A DNA stretch of 64,000 nucleotides from Octopus sinensis (Eukaryota), in the NCBI RefSeq assembly GCF_006345805.1, contig NC_042997.1:161138001-161202000 (forward strand). Direction: 5' to 3'. A model generated the notes under the pieces. That model was not told where the DNA came from, searched no databases, and was given only the letters and a program-made list of their open reading frames with translations. Within the stretch, counting starts at the first letter, position 1. Each line of letters starts with the position of its first letter. Both the position numbers and the translations under genes were made by a program. Below are positions 1 through 15,052 of the stretch, in pieces.

Positions 1-293
1 AGCATCCCCTAATGTAATAACGATATCAGCATGCATGTTCTGGGGAGCTAAACCCTTATTCTGCAAATACTTTATAAAAACGAAATTTTGTCCATTTTCA
101 AGAGAAGATGCTACTAGTTAGTTCTGAAGCCTTCTTTGAACAGTGAAATGTCAGTTTATCTGAAAAGAATCTATGCACTTATTGATAAGAAGGGTTGGGA
201 TTAATGCATGCAAGATTTCATAACTCTAGCATCATTCCTTCATTGTCAACCTATGAATTATTCAATCCATTCTCATATACATATATATGTATG

Positions 294-342
<49 letters not shown>

Positions 343-949
343 GTGTGTCTGTATGTAGGTTCAAACACACACACAAGTACACACTCGTACACAAATGCAT
401 ATACATACACAAACACATATTTATGTGCATTCATCTGGTGAAGCAGAGAAAATAAAAAATATCTCAACTACTACAGTAAGAGTTCCCCGATATTATGTAT
501 TAAACGGCGTTAGATCAAAAACAACACTAGAAGAATGTGTGCCTAACACACACACACACACACACAGACATACACAAGCACACACACGCACATACACACA
601 CAGAGAAACGTGAATAATGACTGACATTTAGAAAAAAATATTTATTATGACAAATTTACACGATGAACTTGCTTTTGTTTTGGCGGAAGAAAGAAAACAA
701 ACTGGTTATATTCAAAATTGCTTCTATCTACATTTATGATTATATTTACCACCTGTATTCCTATTTTAGTGAATGTAAGTTATATTCCTTCAAGAGAGGT
801 GTTTAAAAGGTTTGGTGACAGTAAAGGTGCTGAGCTGTAAAATACAGCTTAATAAATCGTCCAGCACGTACTAGCATGGAAAAGTGGATTGATGATTAAA
901 AGTTTCTAAAATAAATATAACTCGCTTTTCCTTTTTTCTTTTCTCCTTT

Positions 950-1376
<427 letters not shown>

Positions 1377-3737
1377 ATATATCTTCCATATATCTGATTT
1401 AAAATGAAAATATACGATGATGAAATATAATTCATTAACTAGCCATCTGTATTTCCTTACTCCACGGTGGAGACATGATACAGAAAAGAGGCGTGATGAT
1501 GGATATGAAACCAACGAGAAATATCAAATATTAAATAATGCATGCAATATAACATATCGGGACTTTTATGATAGGTAAGTTTAAAAAATAAGAAAAACAA
1601 CATAGAGAGAGACAGAGACAGACAGACAGACAGATATACAGACAGACATTTAGAGATAGGAAAAGAAAGAAATAGTGGCCTACATTGTTGAATTTGAAAT
1701 ACATGTCAAATCTCACTCTAATTACATCCTACTGTCTTGAAAAGAGAGTAATATGAATAATGTTGTCCTTAGATACGAAAACCTCGTGAGAAGAGCGAGG
1801 TGGAACACTTTTGCAGACGGATCTGCTCACTTAATGTTTATCGAAGGCTAAATAATAATGTATGATACTGGCTTCTTCCTTTCATCAGATACAAAAGGAA
1901 AAATGAAAAAAATCCTCAAAATAAATCAAAAACCTTTAGATAGAAAGATTTAAATACTTTCTATCTCTTGATATCTATACCTGAAGGAATTATTGCATAC
2001 ATCAACATCTCCAACTATTCATACTAACATTATAAAATCAAACTAAATCTAAAACTAGGGGGAAAAACCACAGTAGTAAAATGTACATACAGACTTCTAT
2101 GTTCAAGTATCGTACAGTTAAGAAACTTCAAATTAAAAGTGATCAAACTTCTTCATGAAAAGAAAACACTTGCGTTATTTCATCAATATATTATGACTAC
2201 ATCTTCCTCTGCCCACTTATAAACAAAATACAAAAGTCGACAGAATATTTTTCAGATCGTCAAGTCTACAGAGAGCACAAATATAGTCTGTTTGATCTGT
2301 AGATTATTGTACGTGGTACCGCCATGATATTCGTTGCCCATAACAATTTTCAATTTGTTTCCACCTCCAAATCTGGAACCTTATATGCTTCTGTGCCAAT
2401 GTATTAATTGGAGATTAAGTAAATTATAATCCTTGGATGGAAAAAAGACTTTTGATCTATGCACATGAAAGTGCAAATTTCTTGAAATATAAATAGCTTT
2501 AGATTCTTTAATAAGAAACATTTGCTGAGAATCTCTTTTTTTGTGGATAGCACATTGGTAAAAGAGAGAGAAAAAATTTAGATTCTTGTCAAGTAATGCG
2601 AATTTTAGTAATTGATATCGGAATATGTTCTTATATAGTGAATTAAATAACACTGCAACGATCAGTTTTAAAATTGTTTCTAATAAGCAATTAACTTAAA
2701 TTAAACATCTATAAATGTGACATTAGACTATCCTGACAGAGACGATTAAATATATTACGCTTCTTATTTATCTATTTAGAATCACGCAACCACATGCCCA
2801 TAAAAAAATTAAAGGATACCTTCTGATTATTTTATCTGTCAGCTTATACTAGAAATATATTTAATGAGATTAAAATAACTGTTAATGAAAACCAAAGGAA
2901 AATTTGAATCTGTTTCTCTACTCCTATGCCATCATATACTATACTCATATGCCATATTCATCTAAAAGTTACTATTATTGTTGTCCTGCATTTGTATTAG
3001 GATCTCTTAAGTTATATAGGTTTCTGAAAAATCCAACCAAAGTAATGTTATTGCACTTGATGTTAGAAAACATCTTCAGAAAATATAGGTGCAACTAGCA
3101 AACTTAAACTACATGACCTTTTTTTTGTGGGGGGAGAAAAAATATTGGTTCTCTAAAATAATTCCACTATTTACCAACTCAATTCTTCGTGTTAATATAT
3201 CATACATTCCATTGATTCAGCATATATTTTGCTCTTACTCAGTCAATCACCCTCTCCAAGGTTTACAATATTCTTTCAAAGAAGCGATATTTTCTTATCC
3301 AGAAGGACTTTGATAACTGCTATCTTTCCATATCATTTACTTTATCAGTAAGTTTGAAGCAGAGTATCAAAATCAAATATGCTTCAGTGGCCTTTCAACT
3401 TAAATCACTTTAATGCAAAATATACCGTTCAGTTAAATGCATATATCGATCAAATATATTACAATGTTTTAATGTAAAACTATAATGTAATTTATATTTT
3501 GACAAATTTAAACAATAACGCAATAAAAGTTACTAATGAGTTATAGAGTTACTATTCGGTACTTCGACAGTAATCAAATCTCCCTCGGGCAATGTTACTT
3601 AGATGGATACAGTAGAAATCCCCAAAAGCTGTATTGCATGCCGTTGGGATAACGCAAATAGAATGTGTAACGAGACATATACAGTGTGGATAAATGTACG
3701 TAGGCATTGAAAATCGTTTATAAAATCCATATTCCAT

Positions 3738-4580
3738 TTACAGAATTATTGAAACAAATAATACATGTTCTTTATTACATGGGGAAATGAAATTGAATCT
3801 TAATATTTCAACGTAAGCACCAGTGGCATCAACCATTTTCCTCAAACGGCCAGGGATGGAATGAACAACCTTCTGAAGGACGTCGTGTCGGATATCACTG
3901 AGAACCTTCTGAATCTGTATCTCCAAGTCCTCCAGTGTGCGATGTTTTGTCTGGTACACCTCCAATTTTTGTAACCCCACAGGTAAAAATCATATGGATA
4001 GAGTTCTTGACTTCTTGGAGGCCATTCCTGAGGTCCGCGTTGTCTCATCAGGCTTTAGTTCCTGCACGTAATGAGGTATCAACGGACGAAAATTCAATTC
4101 TTTATGCAAAACTGTACGTTTCTTGTCTTGTTAGTCCACTTTCACGAGTTGCTTGACGTGTTGACTTTTGCGGGCTACGATTAAACATTTCCTGCTTTGT
4201 TGCTACGTTCTCCACTGATCGGGATGTGGTTGGACGGTCATTTCTTCTTGTATTGTCCACAGAGCTCGTGGTCATCAGCTTTGCATGACGACTTTTTCTT
4301 GTCTCCGGACGTAGTATTGCATGCTTACGTTTGCATGAACGCCACTGTCTCTGACCAAAACAATGGAATTCCACACATCATTGTGTGCTGCTATCATAGC
4401 TCACTCATGAACAGTCAAGCGATTGGTCATCTGGAAAAAAAGGATTAAGATAATAAGAAAATAAAAAATCCCTATTCGTGTTATTCGTGTTGTCTGTTTA
4501 AAAAAATTATTTTGTCATGACTTCAGTGATACTAAAAATTATATAAGCAACTTCTAATGCCTAGTTACTTTCCACTGACC

Positions 4581-4583
<3 letters not shown>
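3738..4583 (-). mobile_element. Decayed Tc1/mariner-superfamily element
   Basis: Minus-strand remnant WPPRSQELYPYDFYLWGY resembles WPPRSPDLTPLDFFLWGY. Right end CAGGGTCAGTGGAAAG is flanked by TA at 4584-4585. The left end is degenerate, so the start is approximate. Confidence 0.75.
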
Positions 4584-4663
<80 letters not shown>

Positions 4664-4733
4664 ATGTATGTATATGTATATAATACATATTTATGATGAA
4701 TGTTGATCTAGCCATATTTATTTAGAGTATGTA

Positions 4734-6017
4734 CGATGGGTGTTCATTAAAGATTTCCCCTGGCCCACTTCCGATTATTGTAGAATATGGAATTTCCAAT
4801 GGTATAACCATGCATGTCTCTACATGTCACATTGTAAATTGCAGCTTTCCACTAGTATCCGTTTGTCTTTTACGGCTGCTGAAGTGGACTAAGGTGTTAT
4901 AATGGAGGCAGTTGAATGCAGATCAGTGATCAGGTTCTTATACTTGAAAAGCGGTACACCAAGAGACTTTCGATGAGATGAAAGAAGTGAACGGTGACGA
5001 TGCACCATCATAGGACGTAGTCAAGCACTGGCATTGTCAGTTCAAATGTAGTAGGACATCGATGGAAACTGCTCCTATTCCCGGACTACCATATTCCACC
5101 CTTAATGACGACACCAGCAATAAAGTGGAAGCTGCCATTTTGGAGGATCGCCACATAACTATTCGGCAACTAACCCAAGAAATGAAGATAAGTGAAGGGT
5201 CCGCGGAAAAAAATCACTCACGACCCTATGCGCATACGGAAGTTGTCTGCATGATGGATTCCTCGGATGCTTATTTTGAGAGGCAAGAAGGAGCCAATTG
5301 CTCCCAGGCTCTTTTAGCAATGTGCTAAGAAAATGAGGAGGACATTTTCGGCAGACTTATCACACAGGATGAAACATGGGTCCATCACTATGATTCTGAG
5401 ACGAAAGCCCAATCGAAGGAATGGAAGCATGATAACTCACCACCTTCAAAGTAGGCTCATATCCAGTCCTCAGCAGGCAAGGTGATGCTCATAGTCCTTT
5501 AGGACCAACGCGGGGCAGTGATGATGGGTGTTCTAGCAAAGTGTACCACCATTAACCGGGCATATGATGGTTCTCTGATGCAGAAATTGCGAGATACCAT
5601 CAAAGCAGAGAGGCGTGACATGCTCACCAAAGGAGTCAGCCTCCTCGAAGACAGTGCCCCAGTTCACAATGCACATGTTACTCAGATGAAAGCGCATTCC
5701 TGCGTCTATGAAAACATTCTTCATCCCTCTCACTCTCCCGACCTTGCACCATCCGACTTTCACCTCTTTCCAATCATGAAGGAGAAGCATTTTTCAGACG
5801 ATGATGAACTTATTTCCGAGGTAAAGTCTTGGCTTCAGAGGCAACCTGCTGACTTCTACAGACTTCACAGACTTCAGCCTTCACAGTTGCATAAAGCAAT
5901 GGTAGAAGTATGTCACAATTGGTGATGGCTATGTAAAGTACTATTAATTATGCCAAGTTTCGTTTATCCCGTTCATTTGGAAGTGGGTCAGCGGGAATCG
6001 TTAATGAACACCCCTCG
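4734..6017 (+). mobile_element. Full-length mariner (DD34D) with disrupted transposase
   Basis: TIRs CGA(T/G)GGGTGTTCATTAA..GATT..CCC at both ends, TA at 4732-4733 and 6018-6019, length 1284 bp. Motifs ITQDETWVHHYD, LLEDSAPVH and HPSHSPDLAPSDFHLFP are broken by stops and frameshifts. Confidence 0.93.
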
Positions 6018-6229
6018 TAGTAACGTCAACAAATTTAGACAACTTTCTTTGCCGTTGCTATTTAAGAAATGTTTACATTTTAAAATTGTTTATGGTAACA
6101 TTAAGAACTGTAAAAATGGCTTAAATGATAGAGGGAAATAAGTGAAAGAAGCGGGGAAAATTTTCATTGCCTGGCAACACTTTTTCATATTCTTCCTCTT
6201 TATCATTTTCCTTCCTTTCGGGTTCTTCA

Positions 6230-6568
6230 AATCTCGGAGACCCCTTCGGTCACGACACAGACCATGGGATTGCACCTAGAAAGTTACCCTCCTAGACACA
6301 AGTCCGGGCGAGGTTGTTTGTGGAAGACCAGCAGTCGCCCATGCATACCAGCCTCCCCTCTCCACGCCACCAGTGTTATCCAAGGGAAAGACAAAGGTCG
6401 ATACAGCTTGGCACCAGTGACGTCGCAACCCATTTCTACAGCTGAGTGAACTGGAGCAACGTGAAATAAAGTGCCTTGCTCAAGAACACAACACGCAGCC
6501 CGGTCCGGGATTCGAGCTCACAACCTCACGATCGTAAGCTCGACGCTCTAACCACTGAGCCATGCGCC
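6230..6568 (-). mobile_element. tRNA-derived SINE (family B)
   Basis: Head GGCGCATGGCTCAGTGGTTAGAGC...CTCGAATCCC followed by TTGTGTTCTTGAGCAAGGCAC central domain. A second partial copy lies at 19630-19867. Confidence 0.85.
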
Positions 6569-7351
6569 TTCAAATCTATATTCTTAGATTCCCTACTACT
6601 GTCCTTGTTTCCCGCCAATGAAATATTCTGGACTCCTCGTGATGTACGGACTAATTAATTTAAATTTCGAAACTTTAGTGGCTTTTTGATTAAATTTTTT
6701 AATATTTGTTAATTAATGTTTTCCTGTGAATAAAGAAATGAATTATTGGGAAGTGTGGGAACTATTATCTATAGAGTTAACACAAAAAATCTTATGCGAG
6801 ATTTTAATTGAGTTTTATGTAAGAAAATGTAATTGAAGAAGAGAATTGAATTCTCTTTACTATATATTTAGTGAAATAAACATTAAAAAGTAAAAGAAAA
6901 ATGTATTTTAAAATATAGAGCAAAATTTTGATTTTAATTAATTCAACGAAAGAACAAGCTGAATATATTAACAGAATGGAAAAATTCTTATCTGTACAAT
7001 AATAATTATAAAAGATCATTTTCTCTCCCGAAGTGTATATGTATGTTTGCATATATATACGCCTATATATACATATATGTATGTGTGTGTATAAGTATGT
7101 GTGTGCATTCATAAGTACCTACACACGCATGCATATATATGTATGTGTGTGTATACATACATATATACATAAAAATACATATCAATTAGTGTACTGATGC
7201 GTTGAGTAAAGCAGCAGCACAGTTTGGGTTACCTGGTGTCAACCGCAGTTGGGGTATATTTTTTGGATCTAATTCAGGAATTTCACTGTCTTAGTTGAGA
7301 TAATAATCGATTAAGTATTCAAAAGATGGAATTGGTATAACTCTCTATTTT

Positions 7352-7611
7352 CTATGACGATCGTTTCAGCCCATCCTGCGACTGTCATTTATGGTTGGGA
7401 TGCTGTGCTCATATTGTGTTGCATTAATTTTACAGTCTGGGTCACATCAGGTACATTCATACGTAAAGCGGCGTCTCGTTAAAGTTCTCGAGTTTGAACT
7501 GTTATATTGCTATTTGCCCATCTCAGTTACGGTAAATAACAACATAACAGTCCAAACTCAAGATCTTTAACGAGACACCACTTTACGTATGAATGTACCT
7601 GATGTGACCCA
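7352..7611. repeat. Fold-back (arms 7438-7505 and 7544-7611) with decayed hammerhead-like motif on the minus strand
   Basis: About 68-bp inverted arms with few mismatches. The minus strand reads CTGATGT...GAAAC-GATC-GTC (core A9 changed, stem I unpaired). Confidence 0.6.
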
Positions 7612-10298
7612 AACTTTATATATGATTGCAAAAATTGATGCAACATCCATGTAAAATCGAGACAGTACATGCACAACTCACAAAGAATGAATGGGTGCCT
7701 CAAAAGCATCTTCCAGTGAGGATTCGTCCAACTCGTCTCTTACAACCACAAATCACGAACACTAGTCAAATCACGTAAATATCATCGCACTACACTTCAT
7801 TATACACGAACAGCACGTTTGTGTGTGTGCACGCACATGAGTGTAGCTTTATCCTATGTATACATAAGCTTATGCAATAGGGAGAGTGCCCAACATGGAA
7901 AATGTAAAAAGTCAAGATAATATGCAAAAAGTGAAGAAAATAGATCAAGAAACGAATATTGAAACCGATTATGAGTATATGATACACATATGTTAATATA
8001 ACTCTAATAGTTTTCGATCCTTCGTCATATCGAACTAAAGCCTAAGAGATTCGTTTATGAAAAGGAGCTCCTAAAACTTCTATTCGACTTATAGCATCAA
8101 TAAATTTCTATTGTGAAGGAAAATCTAGGGCATTTTTGATAATAATTCGTTTATAGTGGCAGAAGGCCAGAAACTTGGGTAGAGGGGATCTTCAATTACA
8201 TCGACCCGTGATCAACTGGTACATATTTTATCGACCCTAAAAGAATGAAAGTCAAAGTCGACCTCGGTGAGCTAGTTGATAATACTGACCCTAGTAACTG
8301 ACTGGCATTTTGTTTTTGCAACTCTGGAGAGATGAAATTTAAAATTTATCAAAGCGGAGTTTGAACTCAGACCAAGGAATTGCATAAATAAATATCACAA
8401 AGCTTTCTTGTCTCGATGCTTTAACGATTTTGCGAATTCATTGCTGTGGGGAGAAGCTTTATTAGTAGTACCGAAGATACAACAGATCTTAAATGATGCT
8501 TCATATCAGAAAAATTTGAAAGTGAATGCTCCGCTTTAAACACTTAGCATCTTATTCTTCTGAACTCGAAAAATGAACGAATACTGGGAGTCATAATGAA
8601 TTCGTTGTAGACACAAAGAAGTGAACAGTGAAAATATTAAATTAATGTTGCCCGTTTCAGAATTTTCAGTTTGGCGAATATATAATTAATTGAATAGTGA
8701 AAATATAATTTGATTTTACAAACAGATAACAGAAAAGAGTAAAATAAACAAAATATTTATTTTTGCTGTCTAAGCGAAAGGCATTAACTCTTTATGACCA
8801 ATATATCTTTATGACAATATATCTAGGATTACATTACCTAATATGACCTTCCTTTATTAGCATTTACATGTGTGGTTTAAGGGTTATTTGAATGTCGTTT
8901 CTATTAGGTCAAATTACTTCATTTCAAAGAGACTCCTTCATTGGCTCGCTGACACGCATTGTTTTATACTGGGCTGTTGCATTCATTTAAAAAACTAATA
9001 CATTTAAAATACACTACAAATTAAGAAAGATATAATTAATATTATTAGTGAAAAATGAATGCATTGAATATATTCCTAGGAACACATGCTGGAATATTGT
9101 GCTTGTAAAAGATATTAAAAAAATAGGATTAATGCTTTAGAATAAATAATCCAGCCGTAGCAGCTAACCGGGGACATTATAGAATAAAACAGAATTACCG
9201 ACTGACCCACGAATATGTTATATATACTTATCAATCAATAAATCTCTATGTAGTCGCTCCACTTGTTAAAAATAGCTAGCACATCTCCCTCAAAGCATAA
9301 TCTATTCTTTTATAGAAGGAAGAACCGATTAGATAATATGAAGAAAAATGTATACAAAAAAACCATGATGGCCACGGTTGAAATATTTAATCTGCAACTA
9401 CTTGGAGCTAACAAGAAAAGTCAAGCAAACGAAGAAACCTCTGCGTGGTTGCTCAAATCTGCGAGAATTACGGGGAATTTTTTTCTTAACTCACGCCATA
9501 TAACTCAGTGTAATATGGCTTTGGGTTATTCTGTATTAAAGTAAAAAATGGTCATAATTAGAATCAGCGACTTTCTTAGACTTGAACTGGGATCGAAATG
9601 ACGATTACTGAAACAGGTGAAAAGAGTTATATCTGGTTAAAATTGCTCTATAATACAAAGGAATTATTTTGTTCTCACAGAGTGATATTATCAGTAATAT
9701 CTTGGAAGGCATCCATATTGCATATACATTACCTTTATACTCATTCGAATTAATCTAGATATATATTATTAGAAAGTTGTTCCATCGAGAGCATCAGAAC
9801 AAAGTCAACAGAAGCAAGAGATGAAAATTATTTCAAGCCTGTTGATATATCGCCTATCAACACACCGGCCTTTTAATAATCATAACAATAACAAAAGAGA
9901 TTTGAACTGAATATTTGTATTAAATTGCTAAATGCTAGTTAGTTTGTTGGGTAAATAAATTAGATGTTTTTATAACATTGTTTCCACTCCAGCTTTGTTT
10001 GAACATACTAGACCATCCCGTGGGATTTGTTGATTTAACTATAATAGGAACAATATGAAATAAGTGACGACAAAAATGGAACAAAAATTTAAGATGGTGA
10101 AAATCTGAGCAACCGAAAAATGTATGTGGCTATATTTTTCTCATCATATATACATACATATATGTATGTGTATCTGTACTCGTGTGTGTGTGTATGTGTG
10201 TGTGCATGCGTGTGTGTGCGTGTGTGTGTGTATGTTTGTGTCAGCATCGCCGTAGTCAAATGATTGAAATAAGTAAAAGAATAAAAGAATATATACAT

Positions 10299-10347
<49 letters not shown>

Positions 10348-10691
10348 ATATATATATAATATATATATATATATATACAAAGACTTTACAATGTATCGGA
10401 GTACTTATTTTTTAATTTTTGTATATATTTATTATTATTTTTTTGCAAAAAACAATGTAATTTTCTTTTTTCCCCCCTCCTCACATTTAAAATTTTTTCC
10501 TTTACAATTCTTGAAAAGTCACATTATGACGAAAACCTAATATATATTTATGTATTTTATCAATTTTTCAAAAACTTTTTCCATACACCCATTTTCATTA
10601 AAATTTTCTTTCAATTTAGCATTCTGCCTTTTTACAATTTTTCCTTGCTTATCATTTCTCCACGTGCGGTCAACACAACCCCACCATTTAT

Positions 10692-10751
<60 letters not shown>

Positions 10752-10826
10752 GTAACATATGGTATGATTCTAGACATGGCAAATTTTAGCCATTTCTCCG
10801 CAGACTGAAAAAGCAATGATGAACAA

Positions 10827-10867
10827 ACTTATTCGATTTTAGAACCTTACTGGGTTCTCATCAGAGT
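10827..10867 (-). ncRNA. Decayed minimal type I hammerhead motif
   Basis: ACT-CTGATGA-GAACC(cagtaa)GGTTC-TAAA-ATCGAA-TA-AGT. Stem II is a perfect 5 bp, stem I is 3 bp, core G12 is changed to T. Confidence 0.5.
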
Positions 10868-11266
10868 ACATGGATAAGTCTATTTCATTTTCATCAATGG
10901 GGTCCCAATGAAAAGTTTTCTCCCATTGATGTAAATGAAAGTTAAACCATATGGAAATGAATAGAAACAATGCCTATTCCCATTATATCAGCAAATTTCA
11001 ATAATGGGGCTAATCCCCCCTATATTGCACATTTTGGAAGCCCATAACTTGTGTATTTGCACCTCTATTATCACGGTGTTTTTCTATTAATTAAACGTAA
11101 AACAACAAAATTACCTCTCTTTTATAGGAAAATTCTGAAACTTTACATATTTATCTATGGCAAAATTATAGAATTATAGAATTATAGCAAGAATAGTTAT
11201 TTGTGAATGCCTCTGATTTTTTTCTTTTACATTTTCTTTTTATTCATTATTCTCCAGGTACCCATT

Positions 11267-12227
11267 ATGCCACGGAAAAGGAAGTCCATTTATCCAAATA
11301 CTCCACATGCACAAAGAATGAAGCTTCGTCGTCAATCTGAAAGCTGTGATGCAAGGGAAGAACGGCTTTCTAGGCAAAGCCAAAGCCAAAAATAGTCTCA
11401 CCGATCTGAAAGTTGTGATACAAGGGAAGAACGACTTTCTAGACAAAGACATAGGCAAACAGAGTCTTGGCAAAATGAACCCTTTAGTGAGCGTCAAGAA
11501 AGACAGAAGCAAAATATATTTCGCCATATAGTCGCAAGAAGAAATGAGTCCGAAGAAGAGAGACAACAGCGTTTTATTCCTGATAGAAAGAGGTATGAAA
11601 ATGTAAGACAACGTGATATTCAAAACGCTAAACTTTTTGCATGACAAAAATGTAACAAGGTTGGAATTGGAGAAATGACCAAAGATTGTCAGTGTGGCAC
11701 TAAAAGATTTTCTGGAGAATCACCAGGAATGTGCTGGTTACCCTGGAAAGGTTACATGGGATCCATTTCCACTCCTACCTCAATTATTTTAAGAACTGTT
11801 CACTGAGGAATGTCAATACAGCAAACACTTGTCAAGGCTCAGGGTATACAACCCTCTGTTTGCCATGACCAGCTTTGGTCACAATGATGAATCTGCCCAA
11901 GGTTGGAATCCATCTGTAAGAATCCAAGGTCAAATTTACCATTAACTTTGAGAAAATAAGCGTGCGAAGGGAAAACATGCTCAGCGTTTTAATGCTCCAA
12001 CAGGGGCTGAAGTGGCAATTTTAATGTCAAATTATTAGAACAAAGGGGAATGAGAATTTCAGAGTTACATCGATCCTATAGTCCTTTCATGTATCCATAT
12101 TTTTTCATTATATATATTTGTAAGGGAGAAATTACCGCCAAGGAACAGTGAAACATCACGATTGGAGGATTTCGCGACTCACCAATTATGCTACTTAATC
12201 CCGAGCAACGCCGAGTATGCCAGCTGG
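11267..12227 (+). mobile_element. Internally deleted Helitron (RepHel N-terminal remnants plus 3' terminus)
   Basis: ATG at 11267 gives MPRKRK with repeated SESCDxREERLSRQ units. Then IGEMTKDC..GESPGMC, YNPLFAMTSFG, WNPSVRIQGQIYH and HAQRFNAPTGAEVAIL, all typical of Helitron RepHel. The 3' end is CCCGAGCAACGCCGAG...CTGG|T. The 5' end was not located. Confidence 0.85.
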
Positions 12228-12539
12228 TACGTTTATATATAAATGTATATGTGAATATGATTTGCATAAATTTGATTCGTACTTCTACATTATTCTAACG
12301 CCTCAGGTTTAAATGGCTGGAGCACTTCAAAGAGAAGTCTATGCAATGGAGAAAATGTTTTTCCTTATAATCATATATGTATGCATACATACATACATAC
12401 ATACATACATACATACATACATACATACATACATACATACATACATACATCATACATACATACATGCATACATACATACATACATAATACATACATACAT
12501 ACATACAGTCATACATACATACATACATACATACCTACA

Positions 12540-12573
<34 letters not shown>

Positions 12574-12937
12574 GGTCAAGTATCTTCCACCATAGTTTCA
12601 GGCCGGTCAAAGCTGCTATAATCGATTTTCGAACGGCTTTCCTTTTTAGGGAAAAAAAAACCGTTGGAGAACCGTTGGTAAATCGCTGCTATAAAGCAGC
12701 GATTCCATCTAAGAATATCTCAAGAAGGAATTGTATTCCGAAATATCATCGGACTATGGGTAACTAAATTACAACAAGTATATTGTCCATTTTTTTTTTA
12801 TATTATAGTGCATTGTACCATTCAAAATTTGTTATTCTTTACAAACAATACACAATGCTTCGAGCGAAATACAATACTCTCATATATATATACATACATA
12901 TATATATATATATATTATATATATATATATATAATAT

Positions 12938-12970
<33 letters not shown>

Positions 12971-13889
12971 CTTATACACATGTATGTTTTTATGTGTTAA
13001 TCTGTGATAATGGATCAATGAATCACTGGCGAGGAAGACAAAAGAGCGAATCGTACTCAGGACTTTTATACAGAGTGGAACACATTTATCCACAATTGAG
13101 TTTTCGTGACTCACTATTCGGATGTTCTCGTGCCAGTTTTCCAGGCGACCGAATATCAACTTTTAAGTCTGTGTGTCTCTATGTACTTGTGTGAAAGTTT
13201 AGTCGCATTAAAAATAGATCTAACTAATGACCTTCAAAACAATAAGCTAACCTTCAGATCTGACAAGCAACAAGACCTACCCTACCTACATCTTTAGGAA
13301 ACTGAATTAATCACCAGAGGATCAAATGTCACTTGCATCTAATTTAACCTTCTTTTCTTACCCTCTTCACTCAAATCTTTGTGTAGCAGGTATGATGTCT
13401 AGTCAGACAGTTGTGGTCATATAATTCCTTTATATATTTCATTTCTCTATGATTTTAAATTTATATTCTCAAATACTTCCTCTCATACTTTCTGTTTTTT
13501 TTTCATGAGTATTTCTTTTATTCTGGAGATTTTCTTCTTTCTCTTCTATTCATTTAATTTTATTCTACCACTTTTATACTATCTATTGCTTGATGGTTGT
13601 TTTCTCTTTTTCTGCCTATACCACAGCACACTTGTATCTAAGAGTCACAGCTCAGAATCTTTCCAATTATCAGCTGTTGTTACAGAATGCCGTCTGATAT
13701 TTGTGCATTAGAGGAAACTTCCAAGGATAGATATTTAACCGCTAGAGGATCAGGAATTTTGAACACTAGTTAGTGACTCGTTCTAACTCAGCAATAAGTA
13801 TATATGCATATAGATAGATAGATATACATGCATAAATACATACATACACACATACACTTATATATGCGGGGGGCTACATACACACACAC

Positions 13890-14003
<114 letters not shown>

Positions 14004-14415
14004 TCACACATAGATAGATTGATATTGCCAACGTCATCTTGTATACCAGTAGATCTTAGATTGATATAGCTATACATATGTGTGTGTTTTAATATGTGCG
14101 TGAGTATGCATGGATGCATGTATGTATATCTATATCTGTTTATATATCTATGTATGTTATTAATTAATAACAGAGCAATTCAAAGGCGGAGAGTTTCGTT
14201 CATTTGCACATACCAAAGGAGATTCTCGTCCCTTCTCGACCATTGAATCATTCGGTTACTGCTGCCAGTTATTTATAAAAGATGTATACACTCATTTCTT
14301 GAGTTCTGTTTTATCTGTTTGTATCTATACAAGCACACGTACGCACACACGTGCGTGTGGGCGCTCGTGTGTCATATTTGTTTTGCATTATTACATTAAA
14401 GTAATGTTGAATATA

Positions 14416-15023
14416 TTGAGTTGGGGAAAAAGTAATTTCCGTTTTTCACTGTGAAAGAAAAGTCATTTTTTTTTTCGTAAAAAGAATGAATTATATATTC
14501 TCCATTTTCTTCGATGACCTTTTGTCCTCTTTCAGGCAATTTCATGACTCTGCATTCATAGAAGTTGGGCGTGATACATTTAACCTCTCTGCAACATTTC
14601 GCACAGTTATATGACAATCAGTTTCAGTTATGGCTTTGATTCGGTCATCATCAACTTCAGTGGGTCGACTAGAATGTTGGTCATCCTTGAGTAAAAAGTC
14701 TCCAGAATGGAATTTTTAAAACCATTTCTGACTTCTGTTAAGCAAACAACAGCATAAACTTCACATATCTCTTTGTCAGCTGCGGCACATTTCGTGCCTT
14801 TAGGGAAATTATAAAGCAAAATATGGGGGAAATTATCATTTTTGCTCTTCATTTTAAAATTGACACTGAACTAACAGTAATACACAAAATTATGCACATT
14901 TTGTTTCTAAAGTAAGATAAAAGTAACGGCTATTAAATGTCAAAAGGAAAAATCATAACATTTACAAAAAAATCATAACGCTATCTATTTGCGAAAAACG
15001 AAATTAGTTTCTTGCCAACCCAA
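14416..15023 (-). mobile_element. Mariner deletion derivative with both TIRs
   Basis: TIRs TTG(A/G)GTTGG..A.AAA.TAATTTC with TA on both sides. Keeps an N-terminal HILLYNF remnant and the C-terminal MKLPERGQKVIEENGEYII. Confidence 0.88.
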
Positions 15024-15052
15024 TAGATGTGAATGCATGTATAGGTAATATA

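Noticed and set aside
2040-2660. Possible RTE 3' relic (MFLYSELN)
   Set aside because: A single weak motif is insufficient support.
12575-12760. Hammerhead-like CCGATGA...GAAAC-TATG-GTG on the minus strand, with internal hairpin ATCGCTGCT/AGCAGCGAT
   Set aside because: Core mismatch, G at the cleavage position, and stems I and II do not close.
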